Positions 29,136 through 41,235 of a DNA stretch of 64,000 nucleotides are shown piece after piece. The stretch is from an uncultured Verrucomicrobiae bacterium (GTDB lineage: Bacteria > Verrucomicrobiota > Verrucomicrobiia > Chthoniobacterales > UBA10450), in the NCBI GenBank assembly GCA_963756875.1, contig CAVWPA010000003.1, positions 1 to 64,000 on the forward strand. Direction: 5' to 3'. The position numbers and the translations under genes were made by a program. Each line of letters starts with the position of its first letter. Position 1 is the stretch's first letter. The notes under the pieces were generated by a model. The model saw only the letters and a list, made by a program, of their open reading frames with translations. It did not search any database and was not told the origin of the DNA.

Positions 29136-29924
29136 TTAGTTTTGCGGTTTGGGTGGAGCGCCCGGTTTGGGCGGTTCGCCGGGCTTTGCCGCGGGTTGCG
29201 GACCCGCGGCTTCCCCACCGGGAAGCTCGGCAACCGCGGGAACCGCCAGAATGTCCGGCTCAACGTACGACTCTGGATGATCAGCCAGCTCTTTGCGCAA
29301 AGCCGCAATTTGTTCCTTGGTAACCGCACTGGCATGATTACCCCAGGAACTTCGTTCGTAGGTGAGGACATCGGCAATCTTTTGGTCGGTCAATGTCTTG
29401 TCCCACGGCTGCATCACCGCGGTGCCAAATTTCTGGCCCTTTACGGTAACCGGCCCGTGCAAACCTTTGAGGACAATCATGGCCATTCGTCGCGAACCGC
29501 CGGTTGTAAACTCCGAGCCGGCGAGCGGCGGATATTGTCCCGGCACACCAAGCCCGTTGGCTTGATGGCAGGTCTGGCAATTGGCGGAGAAAATCTTTTT
29601 GCCGCGTTCAGCCGACGTGAGTTCGACGGCCGGTCCTCCACCGCCCGGACCGATGGCCGCACCTTTCCTGCTGGGTGGCGGGCCGCCCAGCGGATCCAGG
29701 CTGTCGCCGCTAAAACTTCCCGAGTACCGTCCGAGGTAAGCGCCGCCGAAAAAGATTGCGAGCCCGTAAACGACGATCAACCACATCGAAAGCGGTTCAA
29801 GGCCGACACGCGGCTCGCGTTTTTCGCGCTGAATTGCAGCGTGCACCTCCTGCACGTCGGCGGTTTCGCCGTAGTCCGTCCCCTGGCGTCTAAGCGATGA
29901 TGGATCGAAAGGCTGACCGTTCAT
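29136..29924 (-). CDS. Membrane-anchored monoheme cytochrome c
   Basis: One TM, CQTCH, YPPLAGS, Met in AVMQPW, YERSSWGN. ATG overlaps the ccoO-like stop (ATGA). Confidence 0.9.
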   Translation of the reverse strand: MNGQPFDPSSLRRQGTDYGETADVQEVHAAIQREKREPRVGLEPLSMWLIVVYGLAIFFGGAYLGRYSGSFSGDSLDPLGGPPPSRKGAAIGPGGGGPAVELTSAERGKKIFSANCQTCHQANGLGVPGQYPPLAGSEFTTGGSRRMAMIVLKGLHGPVTVKGQKFGTAVMQPWDKTLTDQKIADVLTYERSSWGNHASAVTKEQIAALRKELADHPESYVEPDILAVPAVAELPGGEAAGPQPAAKPGEPPKPGAPPKPQN

Positions 29925-30826
29925 TTCGCTTTCGCTCCTTTCGGTGCTGCGGGCGATGCAGCCGGTGCAGCGGCGGGCGACCCGGCAGGAGCCGCCGCCG
30001 GTCCGGGCGCCGTCTTCACTTCGTTGAGCGGGTGCGATTGATTGAGGGACATTAAATACGCGACGAGGCATTTCGCGTCGTATGTGGGAACAATTTCCCA
30101 ACCAGCGGGCGGAGCATCGGAACCGGTGAGATCGAGCGCGTCATTGGAACGCTCGCCATCGATATGGCGCTTCTCGTAAAGGAACCGGTACGCCGGCATG
30201 TCCGAATCAACATAGAAACTGCGCGGCGAATAAAGATGCAGATGTTGCCACGCAGCGGAGTACTTTGGCGGGCTACCGGGTGTCGATTGGATTTGAGGAG
30301 GCGTCGCCACCGGGGCCGGGGCCTTTGCGGCAGGGGGCGAAGCCTTCGCGGCCGAAGTTGGAGCTTTCGCGGCAGGAGCTGGAGCTTTCGCGGCGGGAGA
30401 TGCGGCAACCGGCGACCCAGCCGGACTGGGGGCTACCGATGGCGCCGGACTTTCTTCTTCAGCCGGCGCGCGTTGGCCGATGTTCGCCAGATCCTGGCCG
30501 ACTCGTTCCTTTCCAAGAAGAACCGGACGCGCAAAAATGTAATCACGCGGAGCGCTGCGGCGCTCGCCCCATTTGCGCTCAATATCCGGGCCGGCATAAT
30601 CGGCGCGAACCTGCTCGCTATGACAATAGACGCAGCCGTTCGCGGTATAGACATGTCGGCCGCGCTCGACCATTCCCGATTGCGGCATTGGATAAATGTC
30701 AGTGCCCTCTTCGTCCGACTGCGGTTCGAGATGCCCGATCTGGAAATTTGGAATCACTGTCAAGCCGACCCAGGAGAAGGCGAACGTTCCGAAAAGTCCG
30801 ATCAAAAGCGAAAATAGACCTTTCAT
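29921..30826 (-). CDS. cbb3-type subunit II (CcoO/FixO)-like monoheme cytochrome c with Pro/Ala insertion
   Basis: GRHVY..NGCVYCHSEQVR, RVGQDLANIG, HLYSPR, SDMPAY. Confidence 0.88.
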   Translation of the reverse strand: MKGLFSLLIGLFGTFAFSWVGLTVIPNFQIGHLEPQSDEEGTDIYPMPQSGMVERGRHVYTANGCVYCHSEQVRADYAGPDIERKWGERRSAPRDYIFARPVLLGKERVGQDLANIGQRAPAEEESPAPSVAPSPAGSPVAASPAAKAPAPAAKAPTSAAKASPPAAKAPAPVATPPQIQSTPGSPPKYSAAWQHLHLYSPRSFYVDSDMPAYRFLYEKRHIDGERSNDALDLTGSDAPPAGWEIVPTYDAKCLVAYLMSLNQSHPLNEVKTAPGPAAAPAGSPAAAPAASPAAPKGAKAK

Positions 30827-32310
30827 AAGTGTCCCTCGGTTCCCTCCGCCTCAACCGGGTTTAGAAAAGTCGGCACGCTCGAAGTACGGCCCAGACCGAA
30901 AAGCATCAGACCAAAATGGAACGCGAAAACAAAGTGCGACACCGTGAGCAAAAGTCCGGAAAGCGTGCGCCCGCGCAGGTATGGCAGGACGCTTTGCGTG
31001 CTTTCGATGAACGGGAGCGTGGGGTCATTCATGCTTGAGCCTTGTGCAATACCGCCAAACAGCAGCATCAGCGTCATCAGGCCGATGCCATAGGCCGCCG
31101 ACCAAAAATGCAACTTAATCAAAGTGGCATAACGCCATTCGCACGCGACCAGCCGCGGGACGATGTAGTACATCGATCCAAACATCACCATGGTGAAGAA
31201 CGCGTACAGGCCGAGATGCGAGTACGCGATGCTCACTTCGGTGAAATGCAGATACTGTGCGACCGAACGGAGCGACATGAGAATGCCCAACACGCTGAAA
31301 ACCGTGTACCACATCGCGCCGAAGACCGTGAACCGCAGGGTCGGACTGTAGCGCATCACAGGAAAATAACCCTGCATGGTCATGTGATGATTGAGGCCGA
31401 CCGTGGCCACGGGAATGATGGTCAGGATGGTCGCGGCGATGCTCGCGGTGATCATCCAGGCCGGAAACGGTCCGTCGACCAGGCGTTGCATACCGGTCCA
31501 GCTCGCGAAAAGCGCATAGGTCCAAAATCCAATCGTTGCGAGGTGATAACTGTAGACCGGCCGGCCGATTACCTTGGGAATCATGTAATAGGCCGTGCCG
31601 AGCCCGATCGCGCCGAACCAAAGAAAGAGAAGGTTGTTTGCGTACCACCAGCCCACCGCAGCCTGCAGAACGCCCTGGACCGGAACCACGAAAAGCATCA
31701 GTTGCGCAGCGGCGTAAAGCCACGGGAACCAAAGAAACGCGCCGAGCAAATACCATTGGGTAATATAGATTTGGTCGCCCCGACGGAAACGGAACATCAA
31801 AACAGCCCATGAAATGATGAGCGTGTAAGCGACGAAGAGAACGATCGCTGCATAAGGCGGGAACTCGAGCCATTGGAAGCCGGTGCTGTCGCCAAGTAAA
31901 ATCCCGCCGACGCCCAGCAATACGCCGAGGTTCCAAAAGCAAGCGCCGGTAACCAGCAACAGTGGACGCCGCAAAGTAGTGCGGCACAACCGGGCCATGA
32001 GCCAGATCGCGGTGCCCATCCCCGCCATCGAGGCCCACCCATACACCATCACGTTCATGTGCACAGGACGCAGCCGGCCCCACGTGAGAAAGCTCACGTT
32101 CGAAAGCCAGTCGGGCGAATGCATCTTGAACGAAACGAACCCGGCCAGAACCGTCCCGATAAGAAGCCAGACGATTGCCGACGCATAGAACATCAGCACC
32201 GGCACTCGCGTCGAGGCATCGATCAATGCCCGTTCCAACTGCTCGGCGTCGCCGGCAGCGGCGGAAACCGACGGCGCTTTGAGCGGTATGTCAGCTGCAG
32301 TCGCGTTCAT
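30823..32310 (-). CDS. cbb3-type subunit I (CcoN/FixN)-like protein lacking the CuB and heme b3 ligands
   Basis: WGRLRPVH, WWYANN, YYMIPK...PVYSY, WTGMQRL and HFTEVSIAYSH align to CcoN motifs, with substitutions at the catalytic His positions. Confidence 0.88.
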   Translation of the reverse strand: MNATAADIPLKAPSVSAAAGDAEQLERALIDASTRVPVLMFYASAIVWLLIGTVLAGFVSFKMHSPDWLSNVSFLTWGRLRPVHMNVMVYGWASMAGMGTAIWLMARLCRTTLRRPLLLVTGACFWNLGVLLGVGGILLGDSTGFQWLEFPPYAAIVLFVAYTLIISWAVLMFRFRRGDQIYITQWYLLGAFLWFPWLYAAAQLMLFVVPVQGVLQAAVGWWYANNLLFLWFGAIGLGTAYYMIPKVIGRPVYSYHLATIGFWTYALFASWTGMQRLVDGPFPAWMITASIAATILTIIPVATVGLNHHMTMQGYFPVMRYSPTLRFTVFGAMWYTVFSVLGILMSLRSVAQYLHFTEVSIAYSHLGLYAFFTMVMFGSMYYIVPRLVACEWRYATLIKLHFWSAAYGIGLMTLMLLFGGIAQGSSMNDPTLPFIESTQSVLPYLRGRTLSGLLLTVSHFVFAFHFGLMLFGLGRTSSVPTFLNPVEAEGTEGHL

Positions 32311-32359
32311 TGGAGGCTGGCAAGATTGGCGTCTTCAAGTTGAATTGAGGTCGAAATTT

Positions 32360-32908
32360 TCATGGTGTTTTCGCTGGAGCCGGTGGCACTGACACGGCCG
32401 GCGAGGGCGATAAAATCGGCGCAGTCGAAGCCGGCGCTTGCGGCGGTGCCGCTGGGGAGGGCGACACAGGCGGCTTTACGGCAGGAGGGGGCAGCGGGCT
32501 GCTTGTAGCGGTTGTTTGCGGAGATACGGCCGGAGATGCTGCCGGCGCTGCTGTGACGGACGGTTGCGGCGGTGGTGTGGCGATCGGATAGGCCGGCTCC
32601 GGTTTTTTATTGGCCAGTTCCGCGATGGTCAGTTCAATCGCGTGCGATATTGGAATTCGCACGACGCCCTTCTTCTTGTCCATCCAACCGTAGGTGGTGA
32701 GCGTTTTCGCATTTTCCTCGCGCAACGCCTTGAGTTTCTGTTCGCGATTTTTAGCACGAGTTTGTTCGTATGTGTCGCCGCGCGGCGTGGGACCGATGAC
32801 CGCCAGCACGATCACGCCAAAAATCACAAACAGCAGCACAACACCCAGCCACGTGGAAAACGGCGCGGGCGATTGAACAGCCTGGCGAGTGGATTCGAAA
32901 TCGTTCAT
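32360..32908 (-). CDS. ActG-like single-TM accessory subunit of ACIII
   Basis: One TM, YGWMDKKKGVVRIPI..A motif, Pro-rich tail. Lies directly after actF. Confidence 0.6.
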   Translation of the reverse strand: MNDFESTRQAVQSPAPFSTWLGVVLLFVIFGVIVLAVIGPTPRGDTYEQTRAKNREQKLKALREENAKTLTTYGWMDKKKGVVRIPISHAIELTIAELANKKPEPAYPIATPPPQPSVTAAPAASPAVSPQTTATSSPLPPPAVKPPVSPSPAAPPQAPASTAPILSPSPAVSVPPAPAKTP

Positions 32909-32909
32909 G

Positions 32910-34112
32910 TCAGTTCACCAATTTTAACGATTCGATCAGACGCGGATCGCGCACGGGAAAGAGCGACGTCCTGGGAAGAATGCGCAGATAAACAAAGGTG
33001 AGTGTCGCGCCGATGGCGATGGGGGCGATAAAATCCCAGACGCTCAGATGCACGCCAGTGCCGTGGAACGCAGGCAGAATGACGATGTACATGTCGAGCA
33101 ACTGCATGAAGACGATCCACGCAGCGACGTAAGCGAGCTGGTGGGGATGTTTCTTGATAGAGCGCAACAACAGAATGGCGAACGGGCCGAAGAACCGCCC
33201 GATTACCAGGAGCATGGTCAGCCACCACCAGGACTGCGTGTTCCGGGCGAGGAAAAATTGCGTCTCTTCCGGCATGTTCGCGTACCAGATGAGCATGTAC
33301 TGGCCGAATCCGATGTAGGCCCAGAAAACGGTGAAGGCGAACATCCATTTTCCCATGATGTGATAGTGCTCCACTGTGACGACTTCTTTTAAGTACCCGG
33401 CGCGGCGGAGCGCAGTAATGACAAGAACGAGGAGCGCCATCGAGCTGCCGGCCGTGCCGGCGAAGATGTAAACGCCGAACATGGTGGAAAACCAGTGATA
33501 GTTAAGGCTCATCAGCCAATCGAACGCGCCAAACGTGAGACAAAGGGCAAACGCCGGCAGACTCGCGAACGCCACCTGGCGCATGCGGATCGTGCATCGC
33601 GGGTTCCCATCCTTATCCTGCCGCACGGAGAAGCGCCGGAGCAATTGCGAAGCGATGATGAAAAAGCCCAGGAAAAAGACCGCGCGCCCGAGAAAGAAAT
33701 CCCAATTCAGATAAGCCCGTTTGGAATCAAGATTTGCTTCCTTGCCCGGCGGAATGTTCATCCATTCGTAAAGATGATGCCGGAGGAGAAGAATCGGGAT
33801 AAACAAAACCGCGAGCACCGCGATCAGGACAGCGATGTTTTCCAGCTGACGGCGCACCACCACCGACCACTCCGCATCGGTGGCGTGGTGAACGATTGTC
33901 CAGAAAAAACAACCGGCGCACAGGGTGAAATAAAAGGCAAACGCGAAGAGCCATGAAAAACCGAATTGGGCCGGTTCGATGGCCGCGCCGACACCGCAGA
34001 GCGCCAAAGCCACCAACGCGATCAACCCGACCAGCACGGAAAGCCCGGCGAAGCGGCTCCTTTCAAAATACTCGCCTTCCGGCGTCGGCAATGGCTGCGA
34101 ACGGTCGCTCAT
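32910..34112 (-). CDS. actF: Alternative complex III subunit ActF
   Basis: WSVVVRR, DWLMSL..HWFSTMFG, FWAYIGFGQYMLIWYANMPEE. Confidence 0.9.
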   Translation of the reverse strand: MSDRSQPLPTPEGEYFERSRFAGLSVLVGLIALVALALCGVGAAIEPAQFGFSWLFAFAFYFTLCAGCFFWTIVHHATDAEWSVVVRRQLENIAVLIAVLAVLFIPILLLRHHLYEWMNIPPGKEANLDSKRAYLNWDFFLGRAVFFLGFFIIASQLLRRFSVRQDKDGNPRCTIRMRQVAFASLPAFALCLTFGAFDWLMSLNYHWFSTMFGVYIFAGTAGSSMALLVLVITALRRAGYLKEVVTVEHYHIMGKWMFAFTVFWAYIGFGQYMLIWYANMPEETQFFLARNTQSWWWLTMLLVIGRFFGPFAILLLRSIKKHPHQLAYVAAWIVFMQLLDMYIVILPAFHGTGVHLSVWDFIAPIAIGATLTFVYLRILPRTSLFPVRDPRLIESLKLVN

Positions 34113-34816
34113 TTCTTTTCCTTCTCCAAGTCAGCCCGGTGTTCGGGCGGGACATCGACAATGGCCGCGTGCTGACTGCGTTGCAGGGCACGCAAGTAAG
34201 AGATGATCGCCCAGCGATCCTCGACCATGAGATTCGAGCCGTAAGCCATCATGGTGTTTTTCCCGTGCGTGATGGTGTTAAAAATTTCGCCGTCGGCCAT
34301 GTTCCGAATCCGATCGTCCTGCAAGCTCACCACCGTCGCGAGCCCGTATTGTTTCGTAATGCCGTTCCCTTCGGCCGTCGCGCCGTGACACATGACGCAA
34401 GTGATGTTGAAGCGCTGCTGGCCGCGTTCCAATAGTTCCGGAGTCACCGGGACCGGAATGCCGGTACCCCAGTCGTTGCCCATCCTGCCGGTATCGTAGT
34501 AATCCGTGCCAACGCTGAATCCGATGGCCCCCTGTGCTTCACGAACTGGCACCGGTGCCGGAGGCGTGGCGATTGCCTTCGGCTTCGGCATTTCGTAACC
34601 CATCGGCTCCGTGCCGGGGACAGGTTCGCGAGATCCCCGGGAGTCGGCAAAGAAGTTTAACGGCGCTTGTGCGTTCACTCTCATCTGCCGCACCATGTCG
34701 GGAAACACCTCCAACGGCGCGCCGGTGCTCTTTTGTCCGCGAAACCCGAACACTGCGATAACCGCAATCGTGAACAAAACAAAAATGAGCAGGAAGCCGC
34801 GCAACAGCATATTCAA
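34109..34816 (-). CDS. actE: Alternative complex III monoheme cytochrome c ActE
   Basis: FPDM..Q, FFAD, PVPGT, CVMCHG, DGEIFNTITHG, DRWAI. Confidence 0.9.
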   Translation of the reverse strand: MNMLLRGFLLIFVLFTIAVIAVFGFRGQKSTGAPLEVFPDMVRQMRVNAQAPLNFFADSRGSREPVPGTEPMGYEMPKPKAIATPPAPVPVREAQGAIGFSVGTDYYDTGRMGNDWGTGIPVPVTPELLERGQQRFNITCVMCHGATAEGNGITKQYGLATVVSLQDDRIRNMADGEIFNTITHGKNTMMAYGSNLMVEDRWAIISYLRALQRSQHAAIVDVPPEHRADLEKEKK

Positions 34817-35363
34817 TCCTCGTGCACGATGGTGATGTGCTCGCCGCCGCTTTTCTCAAGCAACTCGCGGGCTTCAATCTCAGTGAAACGCGGATCGCGC
34901 GCTTCGATCACCAGGAAAAATCCGTCGTTGGTTACGCGGCTGAAACGGTCCCAGTTAAACATCGGATGATGCGGACGCGGCAGGCCGTTCATGACCAGCA
35001 CCGCGAAAAACGCGGCAAAAGCCGAAAAGAGAATGGTGGCCTCGAACATGATCGGGAAAAAAGCCGGGACGGTGAAAAAATTTGTCGGCTTGCCGTGCAC
35101 ATCGAGGGGGTAAAGGTACGACGACGGGCCAAATTCGATCAGCGCGGCGGTGAGCAGCCCCGAGATTCCTCCGGCCAGCACGACGGCACTCAGCCACGAT
35201 TTTCCCAGTCCCATTGCTTCGTCCATTCCGTGGATGGGGAAAGGCGAATGCACGTCCCAGCGTTTAAAACCAGCGTCGCGCACCGTCTTGGCCGCCTGGT
35301 AGAGCGCGGCTGCGCTCGGATATTCGGCAGCCATCCCGTAAACCTTGTGACCGGCGGGCGTTC

Positions 35364-35367
<4 letters not shown>
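34813..35367 (-). CDS. actD: Alternative complex III subunit ActD (DUF3341)
   Basis: [38 protein letters not shown]. Confidence 0.92.
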
Positions 35368-36824
<1,457 letters not shown>

Positions 36825-36865
36825 TGGTTAGGTTTGCAAGGCCGACGATTGGAATTCGCCGGATT

Positions 36866-37016
36866 GGGTAGCGCACGCGTCTCGTGTGCCGGTTTCGGCG
36901 TCTCGCCGAAACGAACTTTTCTTTGGATTCCACACGCAGCCATCGATCGGAACGAACAAGGAAAGTTCGCGAACCCGAGACGGCTTCGCCAGCACGCGAG
37001 ACGCGTGCGCTACCCG
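36866..37016. repeat. REP-doublet (long imperfect inverted repeat) between actB and actC
   Basis: gggtagcgcacgcgtctcgtgtgc ... gcacgcgagacgcgtgcgctaccc. Confidence 0.85.
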
Positions 37017-37036
37017 GAATTTGGGATTTATCATCA

Positions 37037-40000
37037 TCATGCCTTTTTCTCCGGGCTGGCCACGCCGATATTTGCCGCATCGGGCATTTTGGGATTGGGA
37101 TTGCGAATTCGGGCGAGATAGCTGGCGCGTGTATTCACGTTCAAATATTCGAGCAGCCGATAATTGCGGTCTTGTTTCTTCATCTTCGAGACCTCGGTCT
37201 CCGGATCGGCGACGTCGCCAAACACAAGCGCCTGCGTCGGGCAGGCCTGCGCGCATGCAGTCGTGAACGAATCGCGTGGAATCAGCGTCTTGTCCGAAGG
37301 GCCGGCCCGCCTGTGTGCGGCAATTTTCGCTTCCTCGATGCGTTGCACGCAGAACGTGCATTTCTCCATCACGCCGCGCATGCGCACCGTCACGTTCGGA
37401 TTTTTCTGCATCTTCACGATATCGGGCGCGCCCTTGGTCGTTAACGGCGCGAAGTATTCCTCATAGATGCCGAACTCGCCGGCGATTTTCTTTTTGCCCA
37501 CCGGCCGCTGGTTGTAATCGAAAAAGTTGAACCGGCGCACTTTGAACGGGCAATTGTTCAGGCAATAGCGCGTGCCGATACAGCGGTTGTAGACCATCAC
37601 ATTGAGGCCATCCTCGCTATGAACAGTCGCGTTCACAGGGCAGACGGTTTCGCATGGCGCGTTCTCGCAATGCTGGCACATCATCGGTTCGTGCACGATC
37701 TCCGGGTTTTCCGGCCAGTCGCCGTTGTCTTCGTCGAATGGCTTCGCGCTCGCGTAATAACGGTCGATTCGGATCCAATGCATGGCGCGGCCGTGCGCGA
37801 CCTGCAATTTGCCGACCACCGGGATGTTGTTCTCCGCCTGGCAGGCGATCACGCAGGCGCTGCAGCCGGTGCAAACGTTGAGATCTACGGACATTCCCCA
37901 CTGCTGCGGCGCGGTCAGCGGCGGATGCGTATAGAGCGTCGGTAACTTCGCTTCAGAAACCTGGACGGCCGAGAGTTTCTTCGCGAACTCGTTGTCTTCG
38001 CGATATTTGTCCAGCGTCGCCTCCCGCACCAGACCGCGGCCTTCGATGCTCCAGTGGTCCTGCGTGACCGAAAGCGCGTATTTTTTTCCAACCTTCGTCA
38101 CTCGCACCGCTTCGATCTCCTTGCCGTCGGCCACGACGAAATGCGGATTCGTAGCCGTGCGCAGAAGATACGCGTCGAACCCGCCGCGCCTGGTCAACTT
38201 TGTCTTGGTCCGCACTCCGCCACCCGCGTAAGGAAGGAAGTCCGATCCCGGCATTTTCCGGCCGTACCCCAGCGGAATCGTAACCGAATTCTCGGCGTGC
38301 CCGGGGCAAACCAGGGCGGCGATCACCAGCTCGCGCAGGATTGGTTTTCCTTTCGGATCGCGCGCGGTATCGGTAATCGCGACCTGAACGAGGTCGCCGC
38401 TTTCCACATTCAAGCGCTTGGCAAAATTAGGGCTCATGATCGCCCCGTTGTCCCAGGTCAGTTTCGTGATCGGATCGGGCAATTCCTGGAGCCAGCCATT
38501 ATTGCTGTAGCGGCCATCATCTATCCCATAGCTGCGTACAAAGACGATCTCGGGAGATTCCGCGGCCGCCGGCGGCGCCGACGTCCAGAATTGCTGAGCA
38601 AAATCGCCGGTAGCGTTCGCATTGAAAGTCGCCGTCCGATCCTCCGGTGAAACATGTCCCGCAAATCCGTCGCGCAGGAAAATCGACCAGGCAGTTGCGA
38701 AATCACCGGGAGGATTGGTGGCGCGAAATGTTTCCTGGACAAGCTCGGGCCCCTGCACTTTCGGGCCTCCCGCCAGCGCGTTCATCAATTCGATTTCACT
38801 TAACCCGCCAAAAAGCGGGAGAATCATCGGCTGGATCGACAGGTAGCTTCCATCGGCAGCCAGCGCGTCACCCCACGATTCGAGGAAATGCGCAGCCGGA
38901 ACATGCCAGCTGCTCAGCTCGGAAGTGGCGTCCTCGTGATAACCGAGTCGCACCACCTCGGGCACTTTCTTCTGCAAATCGGCCCAATCAATCGGTTGTT
39001 TGGTTTCAGGATCCACCGCCACTCCGCGCGGCGCATTGAACACAGGGTCGCCGCCAAAAATGAACAGCTGTTTGATCCGGCCCGCCCGAATCTCTTCCGC
39101 GAGTTGCAGGATGCTTTTTGTGTTCGGATTGCGCGGAGATTCGCGAAAAACGATGGTGCGGCCCAGGTTTTTCAGCGCGGAATTGATGCCATAAACCAGC
39201 AGTTGCACCACCACCGGCTGGTGCGAGCCGGCAACCACCAGGCTAGCTCCGCTTTTGCTCACCAGATCGTTGACCGCTTCAATCAGCCATTTCTCATCGA
39301 ACGAGGCCACGCTCGCCGGCGCCGTCATCTTTCCCAGCAACGAAAACAAACTCGAGTCCTGGGTCGCGGCCGCGATTTTTCCCGCCAGCAAATAGGCGAA
39401 CGCGGGAATCTGGCTCGCCGGCAAACGCAACCGGTGATCGGCCATCGCGCCGGTGACGCTAAAACGATTTTCCACCACGTAGAGACGGTTCATGGTCTCC
39501 CTGGCCGAACGAATGCGCCGCCGTGATGTAAAGCCGCGCACCGCCGCCAGATCGCCTTCCCCGCAATCGAGGAAATCGCTATCGAGCGACATCACGACGT
39601 CTGCGCGCTCAAAATGTGGAATCAGCCGCAGGTTATCGCCGAAACTAATGCGCGTAGCGTAGCTCTGAGCGTCGCTGAGCGCGGGCTCGTAAGCGCACCA
39701 AATCATTTTTGGAAAAGCTTTTTCCAGACTCGCCCGCAACCTCTCTCGCGTCGGCGAGTCAGTCTCTTCAACCAGGAAAGCGAGGCCATCGCCGCCTTCG
39801 CCAGCCATCTTTCCGCGCAGCGTTTCAATGTAAGCGTCAAACTGCGCGCGATCGGAAGTCTCGCCTTTGTGCACGAAAAAGCGCGACCGGTATGGATCGT
39901 AAAGATCGAGCACCGTTGCCTGGGCAAAGGCATCGGTGGCGCCGTTGCTGGCAGGATGAAGCGGATTGCCTTCCAGTTTGGTTGGACGGCCATCGACCGT

Positions 40001-40343
40001 TGTGGCAACGAGCGGAATCGCACCCGTGCGCCGCGGCATGGCTGTCGCGTAATAGAGAAATTTTCCGGGAATCGTCCACTCGGCGCTTTTACTAAACGGC
40101 ACCAGGTGCGCTTCCGGCCGGCGGCAACTGGTCAGGCCAACTCCCGCCAGCGCCATCGATGCTCCCATCAATCTCAAGAAATCGCGCCGCGACCACTCGT
40201 CCCCCTGCAGCTCAGATGCGCCCGCTGGAAACTCGCGCTCGAGCCATTCGCGAAATTCCGGCGTGTTGCTGAATTCACCGAGACTGCGCCAGGTACTTTT
40301 TGCCGCTGGACGACTCGGGCGGATGTTGAACGACGCGTTTCAT
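37037..40343 (-). CDS. actB: Alternative complex III subunit ActB (Tat-exported molybdopterin-like + Fe-S), +1 frameshift near 40292
   Basis: Removing one base gives MKRVVQHPPESSSGKKYWRSL...EFP...SRRDFL (Tat)...LTSC. Also KLEGNPLHP, CTGCSACVIAC, CQHCENAPCETVCP, CIGTRYC.NNCP, EKCTFC. Span is 3n+1. Confidence 0.93.
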
Positions 40344-40351
40344 TGCAAATT

Positions 40352-40476
40352 CCGGGGAGCGCACGCGCTCCGCATGCCGGCGATCGCGCCCTCGCGATCG
40401 CGAACTTTTAGCAATTGAAATGAGATTTCGGCGAGGGCGCCGAAATCAGCACGCGGGGGCGCGTGCGCTCCCCGGA
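40352..40476. repeat. REP-doublet between actA and actB
   Basis: ccggggagcgcacgcgctccgcatgc ... gcacgcgggggcgcgtgcgctccccgg, related to the 36866 element. Confidence 0.85.
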
Positions 40477-40509
40477 ATTCCCGTGGCTGAACGATGGATA
40501 GTTGCAAGC

Positions 40510-41235
40510 TCATCGGTGGCATCCCTGGCAATTGGTTGGCGGCTTGATGTTCCATTTCTCCTTCAATGTTTGCCCAATCTCCTTTTGCGTAAGTTCCTTT
40601 TTCTTCGACCAGTCTCCTCTCGCCTCTTTGGGCTGCCCGTATTTCGCGACGAACTCCGCCGGCTTCACGTCGCTTGTTTTCCAATCGAGATTGAAAACCT
40701 GGTCGTCCGGCCGCAAGAAATTTTCCGGGTGCCGGTGGCATCCGAGGCACCACGCCATGCTGAGCGGCTGGGCGTCGTAAACCACCGGCATGCGATTCAC
40801 CGGCCCGTGGCAGCTAAAGCAGCTGATCCCGCGATTCACATGAATCGAGTGGTTAAAAAAAACGTAATCAGGCGTGCGATGGATTTGCACCCAGCTGATT
40901 GGCTGGCCTGATTTCCAGCTGGCACGCACCGGCTCAAGCTTCGGATTCTCTTTTTGAACCTGGCTGTGGCAGTTCATACACGTTTGCGTGTTCGGCAAAT
41001 TGGAATGCGCGGCGACTTCCACAAAGCTGTGGCAATAACGGCAATCCATCCCCAGTTGGTTCACGTGAATATCGTGTGGGAAAGGCACCGGCTGGACCGG
41101 CTGGTAACCGACTTTCGTGTACTTCGGCGTCACGTAGTACCAGGTGGCCCCTATCGCGGCGCAGCCGATGATGGTGCCGGCCACGGTCATTTGCAGCGGC
41201 AGCCAATTGGTCCAGCGTGGGAAAAAATTTGCCAT
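40510..41235 (-). CDS. actA: Alternative complex III pentaheme cytochrome c ActA
   Basis: One TM, QPVPFPH, five CxxCH (CRYCH, CMNCH, CFSCH, CLGCH, CQGCH). Confidence 0.95.
   Translation of the reverse strand: MANFFPRWTNWLPLQMTVAGTIIGCAAIGATWYYVTPKYTKVGYQPVQPVPFPHDIHVNQLGMDCRYCHSFVEVAAHSNLPNTQTCMNCHSQVQKENPKLEPVRASWKSGQPISWVQIHRTPDYVFFNHSIHVNRGISCFSCHGPVNRMPVVYDAQPLSMAWCLGCHRHPENFLRPDDQVFNLDWKTSDVKPAEFVAKYGQPKEARGDWSKKKELTQKEIGQTLKEKWNIKPPTNCQGCHR

Noticed and set aside
30823..32310. Functional high-affinity cbb3 oxidase or nitric oxide reductase
   Set aside because: Both need the three metal-binding His and the high-spin heme His, all of which are substituted here.
37037..40343. actB (and likewise ctaB at 16131-17046) as true pseudogenes
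   Set aside because: Each has a single +1 base with otherwise intact motifs in complete operons, so sequencing error is more parsimonious. Reads are needed to confirm.
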